IMG/VR virus record: IMGVR_UViG_3300046171_000110 | Span: 1-64,000 of that record | Length of the DNA: 64,000 nt | Reading direction: 5' to 3' (one strand) | DNA from: a virus | Shown here: one piece after another, positions 1-8,841 of the stretch | Layout of the letters: each line of letters starts with the position of its first letter | Position numbering within the stretch: position 1 is the stretch's first letter | Notes under the pieces: model-generated | The model's input: only the letters and a program-made list of their open reading frames with translations | The model's database searches: none | What the model was told of the DNA's origin: nothing | Made by a program: the position numbers and the translations under genes

Positions 1-5
1 AAGGA

Positions 6-116
6 GTCTAAACTGCCGTCTAAACTGCATTCCTCCGTCTAAACTGGTCGTCTAAACTGCCGTCTCCTGTTCTATAGAACGGTGTACTGCGTCATCTAAA
101 CTGGCTGTCTAAACTG
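6..116. repeat. Six direct copies of (G/A)TCTAAACTG
   Basis: Copies at 6-15, 18-27, 37-46, 50-59, 94-103 and 107-116; partial copies at 378-385 and 392-400. Confidence 0.95.
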
Positions 117-450
117 AATCCCACGGGTACGGGTCGCATGTGAGGCGTACGCCTGTCGTGCATGAGGGGCGGGCGCACATCACGCTAGGCATTCGCCTGA
201 GAATCAAAGCCCCATGCGTATGCGTGAGAGTGTGAGCGAGCCGTGTGTAACACCCGCACCAATGTGAGCCACCTGCTTGTGTGCGTCTGGGTGGGTGCGT
301 GGGTGGGTGGGGTGTGCTACGCACTCTCCCACTCATATGGGTGGAACTGTTACATACATTCATCTTCTTACGCACCCGTCTAAACCCATACATCTAAACT
401 ACTACAGGACTACGAGAGCAGGCTTTTCAGTCCACCGAATCGAGAGTTCC

Positions 451-472
451 TTTATAAAGGGGTTAAGAAGTG
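451..472 (+). promoter_or_regulatory. Conserved viral promoter, copy 1 (TTTATAAAGGGGTTAAGAAGTG)
   Basis: Archaeal TATA-like TTTATAAA; the identical 22-mer recurs at 1945-1966. Confidence 0.7.
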
Positions 473-572
473 ATGTCCCAGCAATCTTTGCTACTCCCCC
501 CTCCCCCCTCCCCTCCTTGGGGTGGTGTGGTATGGTGGGTTGTGGTATGGGTTGCACAGGAATGTGAAAGAA

Positions 573-1247
573 ATGAATACACAAACGCCAAGTTATGCAA
601 TGCAGATGAATAAAATGAACGCTACCCTAACAGGTTTCATGCGTAGTAGGAAAGGTAAGATTGACTTACCTATCAAGCGTGATGAGTTCCTGAATGATGG
701 TGCTATTGAATGGACAGTAGGATACGACAAAGAGAACACTATGAACACCTTTACTCGTGCTGAAATCGTACAAGGTCTTACCAATGCGATTGGTAGAGCG
801 AAACAATACGGGCCTAAGAAAGTCACAGGCTCCATACCTGCCGAACCTAACAACGCAGGCATCAAGAATGTCCTAGGTCTGTCTCATATCGTAGGTGGCG
901 ACGGTGTCAATGCAGGTAAGAGAGTTCCGGCTCTATTCCATTGCCTTGCGGCTGCCCGTAAGAAAATCAGGAACGCTGCTAAATCTGAGGCGAGTGCTAA
1001 CGCTCTTAGCCTAGCCCAGAAACTCGGTACTGCTGTCGGCTTCGTGACCATCACAGGTCGAGGTAAGAACAAAGTCGTTACTCTTTCCGAGCCATATGCA
1101 GACATCAAATCTGCTGTGCGTGGTTACTGCCGAACCAAGTGGACATCCTCATGGTGGGAAACAACCCCAGACATGAAGAACGCTCGCAAGGCTGAGGCCA
1201 TGAACAACATTTCCAACTACAACGACCTCAAGAAAAAGTATTCTTGA
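573..1247 (+). CDS. Basic (Lys/Arg/Ala-rich) hypothetical protein
   Basis: Long ORF; ATG at 573 (MNTQTPSY) preferred over the GT-rich upstream extension; downstream of promoter copy 1. Confidence 0.75.
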   Translation: MNTQTPSYAMQMNKMNATLTGFMRSRKGKIDLPIKRDEFLNDGAIEWTVGYDKENTMNTFTRAEIVQGLTNAIGRAKQYGPKKVTGSIPAEPNNAGIKNVLGLSHIVGGDGVNAGKRVPALFHCLAAARKKIRNAAKSEASANALSLAQKLGTAVGFVTITGRGKNKVVTLSEPYADIKSAVRGYCRTKWTSSWWETTPDMKNARKAEAMNNISNYNDLKKKYS

Positions 1248-1270
1248 GTAACCCCCCCAACCGTACCCGA

Positions 1271-1718
1271 ACCGCACCGGGTAGGCAAATATGTGCGGTA
1301 ACATCCATCTTCATGGAAAGAAGTGGCTCATAAATACACACCCCTTTCCATGACTTCCCACTCATCTATTATCACATAGGGGTGGGGCAGGCTTTTTGTT
1401 TCGGGATTTTCACCTGCCCCATCCCGTCATGGGTTGCTTCCTCATTTTCTTTCCAGAAAATCTGCCACTACGCCACAGCGAGCCATGCAACCAGACCTCC
1501 CCACCCACTACCCAAGACCTTTCCATATCCTATTCACCATCCTTTACATCTAAGGGATTCCTAAGCAGCAATGCGTTTCCATGCTGAGCAGTACCATTGT
1601 GTATTGTTTATTCAGCAACCCTCTACTCACAGGGGGAGTCCGACGAGCGCCAGTACCTACATTGAGGTAATGTGGGGGTGAGCATGATGCTCAATATCAT
1701 GTCAGTTGGACTCTCCCT
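1271..1718 (+). ncRNA. Cluster of stem-loops, candidate structured RNA(s)
   Basis: Stems at 1271-1277/1293-1299, 1311-1320/1344-1353, 1380-1391/1413-1424 and 1631-1644/1705-1718; the mismatches in these stems are G-U pairs on the + strand. Confidence 0.4.
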
Positions 1719-1740
1719 TCCATACAAACCGTAGCACTAC

Positions 1741-1919
1741 GGCTTTGTACAATCTGTTCAATGTATACTCTAGTCAGAATACAATACAAAGTAATAGTAT
1801 TGTGTATAGTAGTATCTCTATATTTATATTAATATATATTTAGACTTACTATGAACATACTATACAAACTACCTATTGTATTGTGACTAGAATATCTATT
1901 GAACAAAGTGAACAAAGGC
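1741..1919. repeat. Imperfect inverted repeat around an AT-only core; candidate replication origin
   Basis: Arms 1755-1786 and 1874-1905 match at 28/32 nt; 1819-1842 is pure A/T. Confidence 0.6.
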
Positions 1920-1939
1920 TCAGTAGCCCTTTCTCTAGG

Positions 1940-1966
1940 CTTCTTTTATAAAGGGGTTAAGAAGTG
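1940..1966 (+). promoter_or_regulatory. Conserved viral promoter, copy 2
   Basis: CTTCTTTTATAAAGGGGTTAAGAAGTG upstream of the early gene array. Confidence 0.75.
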
Positions 1967-2013
1967 TTGCTTCACCTCGGTTTGCTAACCCAGAAAAAAC
2001 AGGAAGAATAAAT

Positions 2014-2298
2014 ATGAATACGAATATGAATACGGATTATGAATTAACACCGAAACAAAAGAGCATGATAGGAGAATTAGTGTTTAGAGGCGTTGCAGAT
2101 GTGTATGCACACCCGGAAAAATTAACAGAAAACATTGTCATGTTTTGTAACGCATGGGACATGAATCAGTTTGATGTAATCACTTGTATCAATCACCTAG
2201 CATTGATGTTTGAATACGAAACGATAAGTTACGATGTGACTCATGGCATCAGGTGTTGGGAGAATGCTTACGGTGAAGTCATCTACGAGGTGAGATAA
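2014..2298 (+). CDS. Hypothetical protein
   Basis: First ORF after promoter copy 2; tightly coupled to the next gene. Confidence 0.75.
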   Translation: MNTNMNTDYELTPKQKSMIGELVFRGVADVYAHPEKLTENIVMFCNAWDMNQFDVITCINHLALMFEYETISYDVTHGIRCWENAYGEVIYEVR

Positions 2299-2299
2299 T

Positions 2300-2557
2300 A
2301 TGGGACAAGTAGCGTGCGCCTGTCAAGATTGTATGAGCGTATTCTATGGCGAAGGAAGCCAACCATATACAGATGACCATGTATTATACCATCACCCTAG
2401 ATGTAATCACATTACTGAGAAAGTACTAGACAAAATCGAATTTGAAGATGAAGTATATATCGCTGAGTATGACATATATGTCATGGAAAATGTTGTTCAT
2501 TGGCAAGGCTACAGATGCACTTGCGAAGATGAATACAAACAAGATGAGGAGGAATAA
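2300..2557 (+). CDS. Cys/His-containing acidic hypothetical protein
   Basis: GAGGTGA SD upstream; CxCxxC and CxC motifs. Confidence 0.7.
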   Translation: MGQVACACQDCMSVFYGEGSQPYTDDHVLYHHPRCNHITEKVLDKIEFEDEVYIAEYDIYVMENVVHWQGYRCTCEDEYKQDEEE

Positions 2558-2559
2558 AC

Positions 2560-2775
2560 ATGGTAAGTTTCAGTAACACTAAATCGCCCGACCAACAAAG
2601 GCGTGATGCCATAGAGGCTAGAGATAGATACTACTACGAGGTGGAAGACTTGCGAAGAAAAGTTAAGCGACTCGAAGAAGAGATAGAACGACTCAAGAAC
2701 GCTAACCAAGAGGTTGCGTATTGGAAAGATGTAGCCGAATCGCTACAAGAATACATTGACATAATGGAGGAATGA
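2560..2775 (+). CDS. Small coiled-coil protein
   Basis: GAGGAGG SD; heptad-like VEDLRRKVKRLEEEIERLK. Confidence 0.75.
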   Translation: MVSFSNTKSPDQQRRDAIEARDRYYYEVEDLRRKVKRLEEEIERLKNANQEVAYWKDVAESLQEYIDIMEE

Positions 2776-3428
2776 ATATGAAACAAGAACAAGAAAGGAA
2801 TAACACAAGCAAGCAAGAAGAAGATAGCGAGATTAGGTTTCTCGGACAAGAGGGAGGAAGAAGTGAGGGCAACATGCTCATCATGGGTGTCTACTCAGGA
2901 AACCTTTGGGAGTACACTGGTGTCAATCAAGGTACTGACTCTCACTGGTACAAGAACAAAGACTACCACAACAACGACATGCTGATGAGTAACTTCGCAG
3001 CCTACGGAATACCTATTGAACTCGCAGACCTATTCTTCGAGGCGGAGTTTGTCAATGAAGAGTATGGACTACACGGACTGTTCAAGTTCAAGGACATACC
3101 AACCAAGCAACTCGTTGTTGATTGCATGAAAGCCCACAATAAACTAGAAGGTCTGCTCAGCACCGTGAGAAAGTCAAACACATATCCAAACAAGAACTAT
3201 GTTGAACTCGGTAGACTCAAAGACGAGGTTGTATCTCGCACCGAAAGCATGGGTTGGTTCATCAAGGTTATGCAACGAGAGGACACAGTCATTCACTACA
3301 CATACACCGACGAAGATACTGGTGAACAGTGGCGTGAGGAACTACATGATGGTGGTGACTACATGTACTACATCGAAGAGATGTACCGCAGCGCAGGTGG
3401 CAAGCAATACTTTGGCGAAGAGGAATGA
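2772..3428 (+). CDS. Hypothetical protein
   Basis: 218-aa ORF with GAGGAATGAATATG junctions at both ends. Confidence 0.8.
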   Translation: MNMKQEQERNNTSKQEEDSEIRFLGQEGGRSEGNMLIMGVYSGNLWEYTGVNQGTDSHWYKNKDYHNNDMLMSNFAAYGIPIELADLFFEAEFVNEEYGLHGLFKFKDIPTKQLVVDCMKAHNKLEGLLSTVRKSNTYPNKNYVELGRLKDEVVSRTESMGWFIKVMQREDTVIHYTYTDEDTGEQWREELHDGGDYMYYIEEMYRSAGGKQYFGEEE

Positions 3429-4015
3429 ATATGACAGAACCATGTAAATGCGGAAGCACAGAACACGAAGCAATAACAAGTAAAGGACTAGCAGGCATGA
3501 CCACTATTACATCATGTCCTCTTGAAATAGAAGAGGCTCATGAGAGAATGCGTAATGCAAAGCCAACACAACCTAGAACAATAAAAGCACCAACTAGTCA
3601 TGCTTTCTTACACATTGACAAACAGTTAGATGAAGCAAGATATGGTAAGTCAAGTATTACACAAGACATGCTAGACATGCAACAACTTAAGGAGATGATT
3701 GACGCACTTGACTCTAACAACTTTGTTCACTTACTAAGGCATGACAAGCGTTTCAGTATAGAAGCCATGAAGAAGCATGTTATCAGCGACCCTAACAACA
3801 CACTAGAGAAGGAATACTATGATGTGTTCGAGAACAACAAAGAGTTAGACATGCTACTTACCACAGGGCATTATCATCCGTATAGTAAGTCGCCTCACAT
3901 TTGGAGAACGGTTCACTTGAGCGATGTTGAAAGGCACACTGTTGAAATGATTATGCTACTCAATGACATGAAGGACACATACACTATGATGATAACGGAA
4001 GGTGAAGAAGAATGA
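3425..4015 (+). CDS. Hypothetical protein
   Basis: 196-aa ORF with ATGA overlaps to both neighbours. Confidence 0.8.
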   Translation: MNMTEPCKCGSTEHEAITSKGLAGMTTITSCPLEIEEAHERMRNAKPTQPRTIKAPTSHAFLHIDKQLDEARYGKSSITQDMLDMQQLKEMIDALDSNNFVHLLRHDKRFSIEAMKKHVISDPNNTLEKEYYDVFENNKELDMLLTTGHYHPYSKSPHIWRTVHLSDVERHTVEMIMLLNDMKDTYTMMITEGEEE

Positions 4016-4593
4016 CACAAGAAACAAAACAAATACGAGAAGAAAGAATAGCAATGGGATGCTTGGGCTGTTACAATAATGGCAGACTGACATTCAAATG
4101 GATAAACGCAGACGAACTAAGAGAAGCCATCGAGGTTGGCGTAGTCAAATCAATATGCTCTCGACCACACTGTGGTGACGAGTGGCACATCCAAGACTAC
4201 GACGGTGAGATTGGTAGGTTTGGTTCTGACTTTGGTGAGTGGCCTGACCTTGAACAACTTGCTGACATCATGGACTTGGTTGATGAACACGGTCAAAGAC
4301 ATGTCGCAGGCATTGAAGCAGCAATGCAACACCACGGAAGAAGCATTCCAACTGTCGAGCAAGTAGAAGAAGCCGTTGATTTACTCTATTACATAGGTGA
4401 ATACGAGAGTGACATCAAGGACTTCTTCATGGAGTGGGCTTACTCAACGGGCGACATGAAGGAAGGACATCCCATGGAATCATACATTGACTGGGAAGAC
4501 TATGCTCGTGACATGATGCACCACTACTCAAGGATTGACCTTCGACACAGCACTTACGAGAAAAGCATCTACCTCATTGACAGGAATCGGTGA
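4012..4593 (+). CDS. ardA: ArdA-like antirestriction (DNA mimic) protein
   Basis: Acidic; DEWHIQDYDG, GEWPDLEQL, YIGEY..DF and SYIDWEDYARDM match the ArdA pattern. Confidence 0.75.
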   Translation: MTQETKQIREERIAMGCLGCYNNGRLTFKWINADELREAIEVGVVKSICSRPHCGDEWHIQDYDGEIGRFGSDFGEWPDLEQLADIMDLVDEHGQRHVAGIEAAMQHHGRSIPTVEQVEEAVDLLYYIGEYESDIKDFFMEWAYSTGDMKEGHPMESYIDWEDYARDMMHHYSRIDLRHSTYEKSIYLIDRNR

Positions 4594-4597
4594 TAAC

Positions 4598-4753
4598 ATG
4601 AAGTCGGAAACAATACAAGCACTCTTTGATGACTACAAAGAATATCAAGAATGGTATTATCAAAACCACGGATGGGTTATGGAAGAAACCTTCCGTGAAT
4701 ATGTACAGCGTTGCATTGATAATGATGAACTAGGATTACTTGAGGAGGAATGA
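4598..4753 (+). CDS. Small hypothetical protein
   Basis: ATG at 4598 (MKSETIQ) after a GGTGA SD; fills the gap in the operon. Confidence 0.65.
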   Translation: MKSETIQALFDDYKEYQEWYYQNHGWVMEETFREYVQRCIDNDELGLLEEE

Positions 4754-5400
4754 ATATGAATGAAGAGATAACACAGTACGAGAAAGAAGCGATGGACTAC
4801 TTCAAGTCCTTGATGAAAGAACAACGATACCCTAGTGACTACGGTGGTCAGGACTTCTGGGATGAAGACGGATGGTTACTCACCGTGTCATGGAATCCTA
4901 CACAGTCCAAGCAAGAAGAGATTGCTTTCGCTATACTTGATTCTTACTTAACTAAAACTGACAGCGACAATCATGATGTAGTTAGATTCAGACACTGGGC
5001 TTGTGGCCATGTCATGCAAATGAACACTCGACCAATCGTAGATGGCAGACTCACCAAAGCGGGTGAGGAAATCTACGAATACATACAAGACAATGGTTAC
5101 GACTACTTGATGCAAGCATTAGAAGAACCAGACTACATTGAATGGGAAAGGAAGATGGTCATCATGTGTATAGACAACGACGACTTAACTGATGAACAAA
5201 TGGACAGGCTAGTATCACACTTGCTCTATCAATGTGATGTCTATGTTGAGAGTGATGGTTCTCTATACTGTAACGGTGACTTGAACAAACTCATCGAAGA
5301 AGAAACTGATTACCTATTCGGTAACTCGACTAGGGCAATACAAAGAAGGGCGGCTGAACATCCCGACCAAACCAATCTGTTCACAACACAAGAGGAATGA
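4750..5400 (+). CDS. Acidic hypothetical protein (FRHWACG motif)
   Basis: 216-aa ORF with coupled junctions. Confidence 0.8.
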   Translation: MNMNEEITQYEKEAMDYFKSLMKEQRYPSDYGGQDFWDEDGWLLTVSWNPTQSKQEEIAFAILDSYLTKTDSDNHDVVRFRHWACGHVMQMNTRPIVDGRLTKAGEEIYEYIQDNGYDYLMQALEEPDYIEWERKMVIMCIDNDDLTDEQMDRLVSHLLYQCDVYVESDGSLYCNGDLNKLIEEETDYLFGNSTRAIQRRAAEHPDQTNLFTTQEE

Positions 5401-6344
5401 ATATGAAAAACACAATAGAATTGATGAAAAAACAAGCAAAAGAAATAACAGACGAAGAGATAGAATGGACATACCAGCGTAAGGTTCAGTGGGAGAAAGT
5501 TCCTGCCAATGTGAACACTTACTTGAACGCAATCAAAGGTTCAGTCAGATACTATGGTGACGCAGACACCAATGCAGAAGAGATGGTTGAAGCACTAACT
5601 AAAACCAGCCTCACGCAAGAAGATTTGCTTGAGGTTTTCGGTTGGCTGACATCTAAGAAAGACCATGTGATTACTTACAGGGAAAAGGATTGGTATGCTC
5701 GTGACTATGACTACCGTGTCACCAAGAAACCAAAGGTGGACTACGAAAGAGCGCATTGGTCTAACCCTTATCGTGGTGCAGCATCCAACTACTACCACCG
5801 TAAACATTCAGTCCAAGAAATGCTATCCAAACAGTTGGCAGGCTTAGTCAAGTACATGGCTGAATACAATCAGCACAACGATGCACATGCTATCTGGCTT
5901 GACCAACGAAACTTAGACAACATGAGGAATTTGATTGAAGGTAAAGAGAAAGATAACAAATCCATCTACAAACACGGTGGCCAAATCTACCAACACATCC
6001 TTGCTACACTTTCTGAGTATCGTAATGGCAACTCAAATTCTACACATGGTAAGTTCTCGTTTGCTCTGTCATACAACACCAGATACATTGACGGAGAAAC
6101 AGGTGAACTCATACCACTTGACCTCGCAGAAGCCACTACTAAATTCATGAACTACCAATCCAATGTCGTGCGTAACCTCAGGGCTACTCAACCAAACAAA
6201 CTGGGTGAGATACATGAGTCACTTGTTGAACAAAGAGATGCTCTATTCACACGCTGGCTGGATGCTCACAGAATTGCTTACGATGCATCTGTCTTGTGGA
6301 AGAATACATGGGATGAGTTCTGGGGCTACCTACCAACGGAGTGA
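5397..6344 (+). CDS. Hypothetical protein
   Basis: 315-aa ORF with coupled start. Confidence 0.85.
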   Translation: MNMKNTIELMKKQAKEITDEEIEWTYQRKVQWEKVPANVNTYLNAIKGSVRYYGDADTNAEEMVEALTKTSLTQEDLLEVFGWLTSKKDHVITYREKDWYARDYDYRVTKKPKVDYERAHWSNPYRGAASNYYHRKHSVQEMLSKQLAGLVKYMAEYNQHNDAHAIWLDQRNLDNMRNLIEGKEKDNKSIYKHGGQIYQHILATLSEYRNGNSNSTHGKFSFALSYNTRYIDGETGELIPLDLAEATTKFMNYQSNVVRNLRATQPNKLGEIHESLVEQRDALFTRWLDAHRIAYDASVLWKNTWDEFWGYLPTE

Positions 6345-6350
6345 TGAAGA

Positions 6351-6611
6351 ATGATTGACACAGACAAATACGAAGGACACACAGAAGCACCGTGGGATAA
6401 GTTGAGTGAATACTGCCCAGTTGGTAGCATTGACAAACAACTCATAGCAGACGCACCACTTCTCCTTGAGTTCATTCAAAAGGTAGTCGAGGAATGGGGT
6501 AAGCCTAACCAATGCAACAAAGCATTCGGTAAAGATGTAAGGCACTTGATGTTAGAGTATGGACTAATTAATTACAACGAAGAAACAAGAAGATATGAGG
6601 TGAAAGAATGA
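6351..6611 (+). CDS. MIDTDKYE-family protein 1
   Basis: Shares the MIDTDKYE start and LIxxAPL(L/I)L core with the next two genes. Confidence 0.85.
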   Translation: MIDTDKYEGHTEAPWDKLSEYCPVGSIDKQLIADAPLLLEFIQKVVEEWGKPNQCNKAFGKDVRHLMLEYGLINYNEETRRYEVKE

Positions 6612-6850
6612 TTGACACAGACAAATACGAGAACCACGACATGATACGAATTGCCAAACAACTGTTGATTGAAGACGCACCACTTATCCTTGAAGCATAC
6701 AAGCGGTTGCGTGAAGAGAGTAAGAAGAAAGGTAATGTTCTTTCAACATTAGATGAGATGATTAGAAATGAAGAGAGTCATGTTGAAATGATGAAAGCAC
6801 TTGAACAAGGATTAGACTTACCGGAAACATGGAAGGAGATGATTGAATGA
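6608..6850 (+). CDS. MIDTDKYE-family protein 2
   Basis: MIDTDKYE and LIEDAPLILEAYKRLRE. Confidence 0.85.
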   Translation: MIDTDKYENHDMIRIAKQLLIEDAPLILEAYKRLREESKKKGNVLSTLDEMIRNEESHVEMMKALEQGLDLPETWKEMIE

Positions 6851-7119
6851 TTGACACAGACAAATACGAACCGACACAGATGGATTGGATATTACATAAT
6901 ACAAGAGAACATTCACCCGATGGATGGCGTAAGTTGAGTAAGTCGTTGATTGAACTTAGTGATGATGACAGACGGTTGATTGAATATGCACCACTACTAC
7001 TCGCAGAAGTCATACGGTTGCGTGAGCAATTCAAACTTGCATACGATTGGGTGGATTATCAATTCCCCGATGGAGGAATACAAGACTTCGCAAAATACAT
7101 AGGAGATGAAGAAGAATGA
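6847..7119 (+). CDS. MIDTDKYE-family protein 3
   Basis: MIDTDKYE and LIEYAPLLLAEVIRLRE. Confidence 0.85.
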   Translation: MIDTDKYEPTQMDWILHNTREHSPDGWRKLSKSLIELSDDDRRLIEYAPLLLAEVIRLREQFKLAYDWVDYQFPDGGIQDFAKYIGDEEE

Positions 7120-7205
7120 AAACACTCAATGAATTGATAGCACACATTCTCGGTATAGAAGATTACCAAGACCCAAACAAAAAGAAACAAAACAAGGAGG
7201 AATGA
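7116..7205 (+). CDS. Microprotein, 29 aa (MKTLNELIAH)
   Basis: ATGA overlap with the upstream gene; ends in an SD-encoded EE; below the ORF track cutoff. Confidence 0.55.
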   Translation: MKTLNELIAHILGIEDYQDPNKKKQNKEE

Positions 7206-7208
7206 ATA

Positions 7209-7316
7209 ATGAAAACAGCAAGACAAAAGCAAGCACAGAACGGCAGATACAGAGCGAAGTTTAAGAAGCGATTACTTCACACTCTAAGAATGAAACATAA
7301 AGAAGAGGAGGAATGA
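7209..7316 (+). CDS. Basic microprotein, 35 aa (MKTARQKQ)
   Basis: GGAGG SD; ends in EEEE at a junction motif. Confidence 0.55.
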   Translation: MKTARQKQAQNGRYRAKFKKRLLHTLRMKHKEEEE

Positions 7317-7318
7317 AT

Positions 7319-7456
7319 ATGAGAATTAATATAAGGATAGAAGCAACACATGAGATAGACATAGCGGATTTGATGGACACAACGCTCAGAGATTACATCG
7401 AAGAGAACATCAGTGACATCATCTACAACGGAGACATTGATGTAGAGGAGGATTAA
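7319..7456 (+). CDS. Acidic microprotein, 45 aa
   Basis: GAGGAGG SD and junction motif. Confidence 0.6.
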   Translation: MRINIRIEATHEIDIADLMDTTLRDYIEENISDIIYNGDIDVEED

Positions 7457-7458
7457 GT

Positions 7459-7635
7459 ATGACAAAGTATTACATTGACAAAGAACTAATCTACCAATCA
7501 GTCTTAGAGGATATCCAACACGACATAGAATTTTGTTGCGTCAAGGATGACCTTGACTACTTCCTCAAGTGCTGGAAGGATGCAATCGAACATGCGTTAG
7601 AAAGAAACGAATATGAAATCGAGGTGAAACAATGA
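7459..7635 (+). CDS. Small hypothetical protein, 58 aa
   Basis: GAGGAGG SD; ATGA overlap with the next gene. Confidence 0.6.
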   Translation: MTKYYIDKELIYQSVLEDIQHDIEFCCVKDDLDYFLKCWKDAIEHALERNEYEIEVKQ

Positions 7636-8051
7636 AGAGAAAGATAACAGACTTAGAATACATACTGAATGACGAAGGTAAGTTCAACGAGGGAATCTAT
7701 GTGATTCCTAATTGGATTGAGAAGGGAACACAGGAAGATGAAGACAAGTGGACACTGTACACAGTTGATGGTGCAGTTAAGAGGCTGAAACAATTACAGC
7801 GAGCCAAAGGTAAGAAGCGACTAAGTATATTGTTGAAGTTTGGTGAACACTTAAGTGATTGGCACACAGTCACTTGGCCTATGTTGTTTGATATGATTGT
7901 GCATCGTGATTCAAGTTTTAGAAACTGTACAGTCAAACAGTTGTACTACATCAAAGGAGACTTAGAGAGATACAATCAAATTAGCATATGGCCAGCCTAT
8001 GTCCAAAATGAGAATGAGAACAAAGAAAACAACTGGGGCGAGGAAGAATGA
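7632..8051 (+). CDS. Hypothetical protein
   Basis: 139-aa ORF with GAGGTG SD. Confidence 0.75.
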   Translation: MKRKITDLEYILNDEGKFNEGIYVIPNWIEKGTQEDEDKWTLYTVDGAVKRLKQLQRAKGKKRLSILLKFGEHLSDWHTVTWPMLFDMIVHRDSSFRNCTVKQLYYIKGDLERYNQISIWPAYVQNENENKENNWGEEE

Positions 8052-8156
8052 AGAACACACACTTAGTAATCAAGATAGAGACTGAGGAGTATATCTATTG
8101 GGAATGCTCAGAACCGGACTACACAGAGTAACTATCATCTTTTGTGAGGGAAACAA

Positions 8157-8414
8157 ATGACAATGAGTGACCACCAAGATAGTGAACATTTCACATATAA
8201 CAAGACATGGGAAATGATTGAATCACTACTAGATGAAGCAGAAATAGAGCAAAACAAAAGATGGATAGCGTTTCAGAGTTGTCCTAAGTCGTTGCGTATG
8301 CAACACTGGAATAACTACAAGGGGCTTGAAGGAGTCATCAATACATTACGATGGGTTCTCGGTGACTTGAAAATGCCAAAAGAAAAGGTACTAGGGAGAG
8401 ATAAGAATGAGTAA
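8157..8414 (+). CDS. Hypothetical protein
   Basis: 85-aa ORF with an NYKGLEGVINTLRWVLG helix. Confidence 0.75.
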   Translation: MTMSDHQDSEHFTYNKTWEMIESLLDEAEIEQNKRWIAFQSCPKSLRMQHWNNYKGLEGVINTLRWVLGDLKMPKEKVLGRDKNE

Positions 8415-8619
8415 AGGATTAGGAATACAATTAGCGAAAGCAAGGAAAGAAATAGCAAGAATGAAGAAAAGAGAGGCAGGGTTACTGAAATCCATCATGG
8501 TCATCTCGGACAGCGTTGGTGTTGTCGAGAACGAACATCTGTTTGATTGGATAATCAGTAACGCAAGGACTTTCATTGAAGAAGATTACACGGAAGAAAT
8601 GAAGGAGTGGATGATATGA
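8407..8619 (+). CDS. Hypothetical protein
   Basis: Coupled 70-aa ORF. Confidence 0.7.
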   Translation: MSKGLGIQLAKARKEIARMKKREAGLLKSIMVISDSVGVVENEHLFDWIISNARTFIEEDYTEEMKEWMI

Positions 8620-8716
8620 ATAAAGTAATAGAAACAAGACACGGAGAGGCAGTGCCTTTCTGTATGGTAGAATATAATAACGGAACACTAGAATTGATAC
8701 TGGAGTTGATTAACGA

Positions 8717-8839
8717 ATGAAAGACTTAGAATGCAAGAGATGTAAAAGAAGAACCAGCGTTAACATTCATCCTGTCTACAAGATATGTGATGAGTGTTGG
8801 AGGTCTACCACAAAGAACCCATTTAGCAGAGGCGATTAA
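8717..8839 (+). CDS. Zn-finger microprotein, 40 aa
   Basis: MKDLECKRC...KICDECW with two CxxC motifs; not in the ORF track. Confidence 0.6.
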   Translation: MKDLECKRCKRRTSVNIHPVYKICDECWRSTTKNPFSRGD

Positions 8840-8841
8840 AT

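Larger units (their letters stand above)
6349..6869 (+). repeat. Three exact 25-nt direct repeats GAATGATTGACACAGACAAATACGA
   Basis: Copies at 6349, 6606 and 6845, each spanning a gene start. Confidence 0.95.

Noticed and set aside
6-116. CRISPR array
   Set aside because: The repeats are only 9-10 nt and most spacers are 2-9 nt, which is not CRISPR geometry.
109-567. ORFs 109-393 (-) and 277-567 (+)
   Set aside because: Low-complexity translations of repeat and G-rich non-coding DNA with no SD.
1382-1587. Short ORFs in the hairpin region
   Set aside because: Non-ATG starts, no SD and atypical composition.
1631-1718. tRNA gene
   Set aside because: No TTCGA T-loop or D-arm consensus, and the closing stem is too long.
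6349-6869. CRISPR-like or DGR repeats
   Set aside because: Spacing is about 250 nt, the repeats are coding gene starts, there is no adenine-specific variation, and no reverse transcriptase is in the window.
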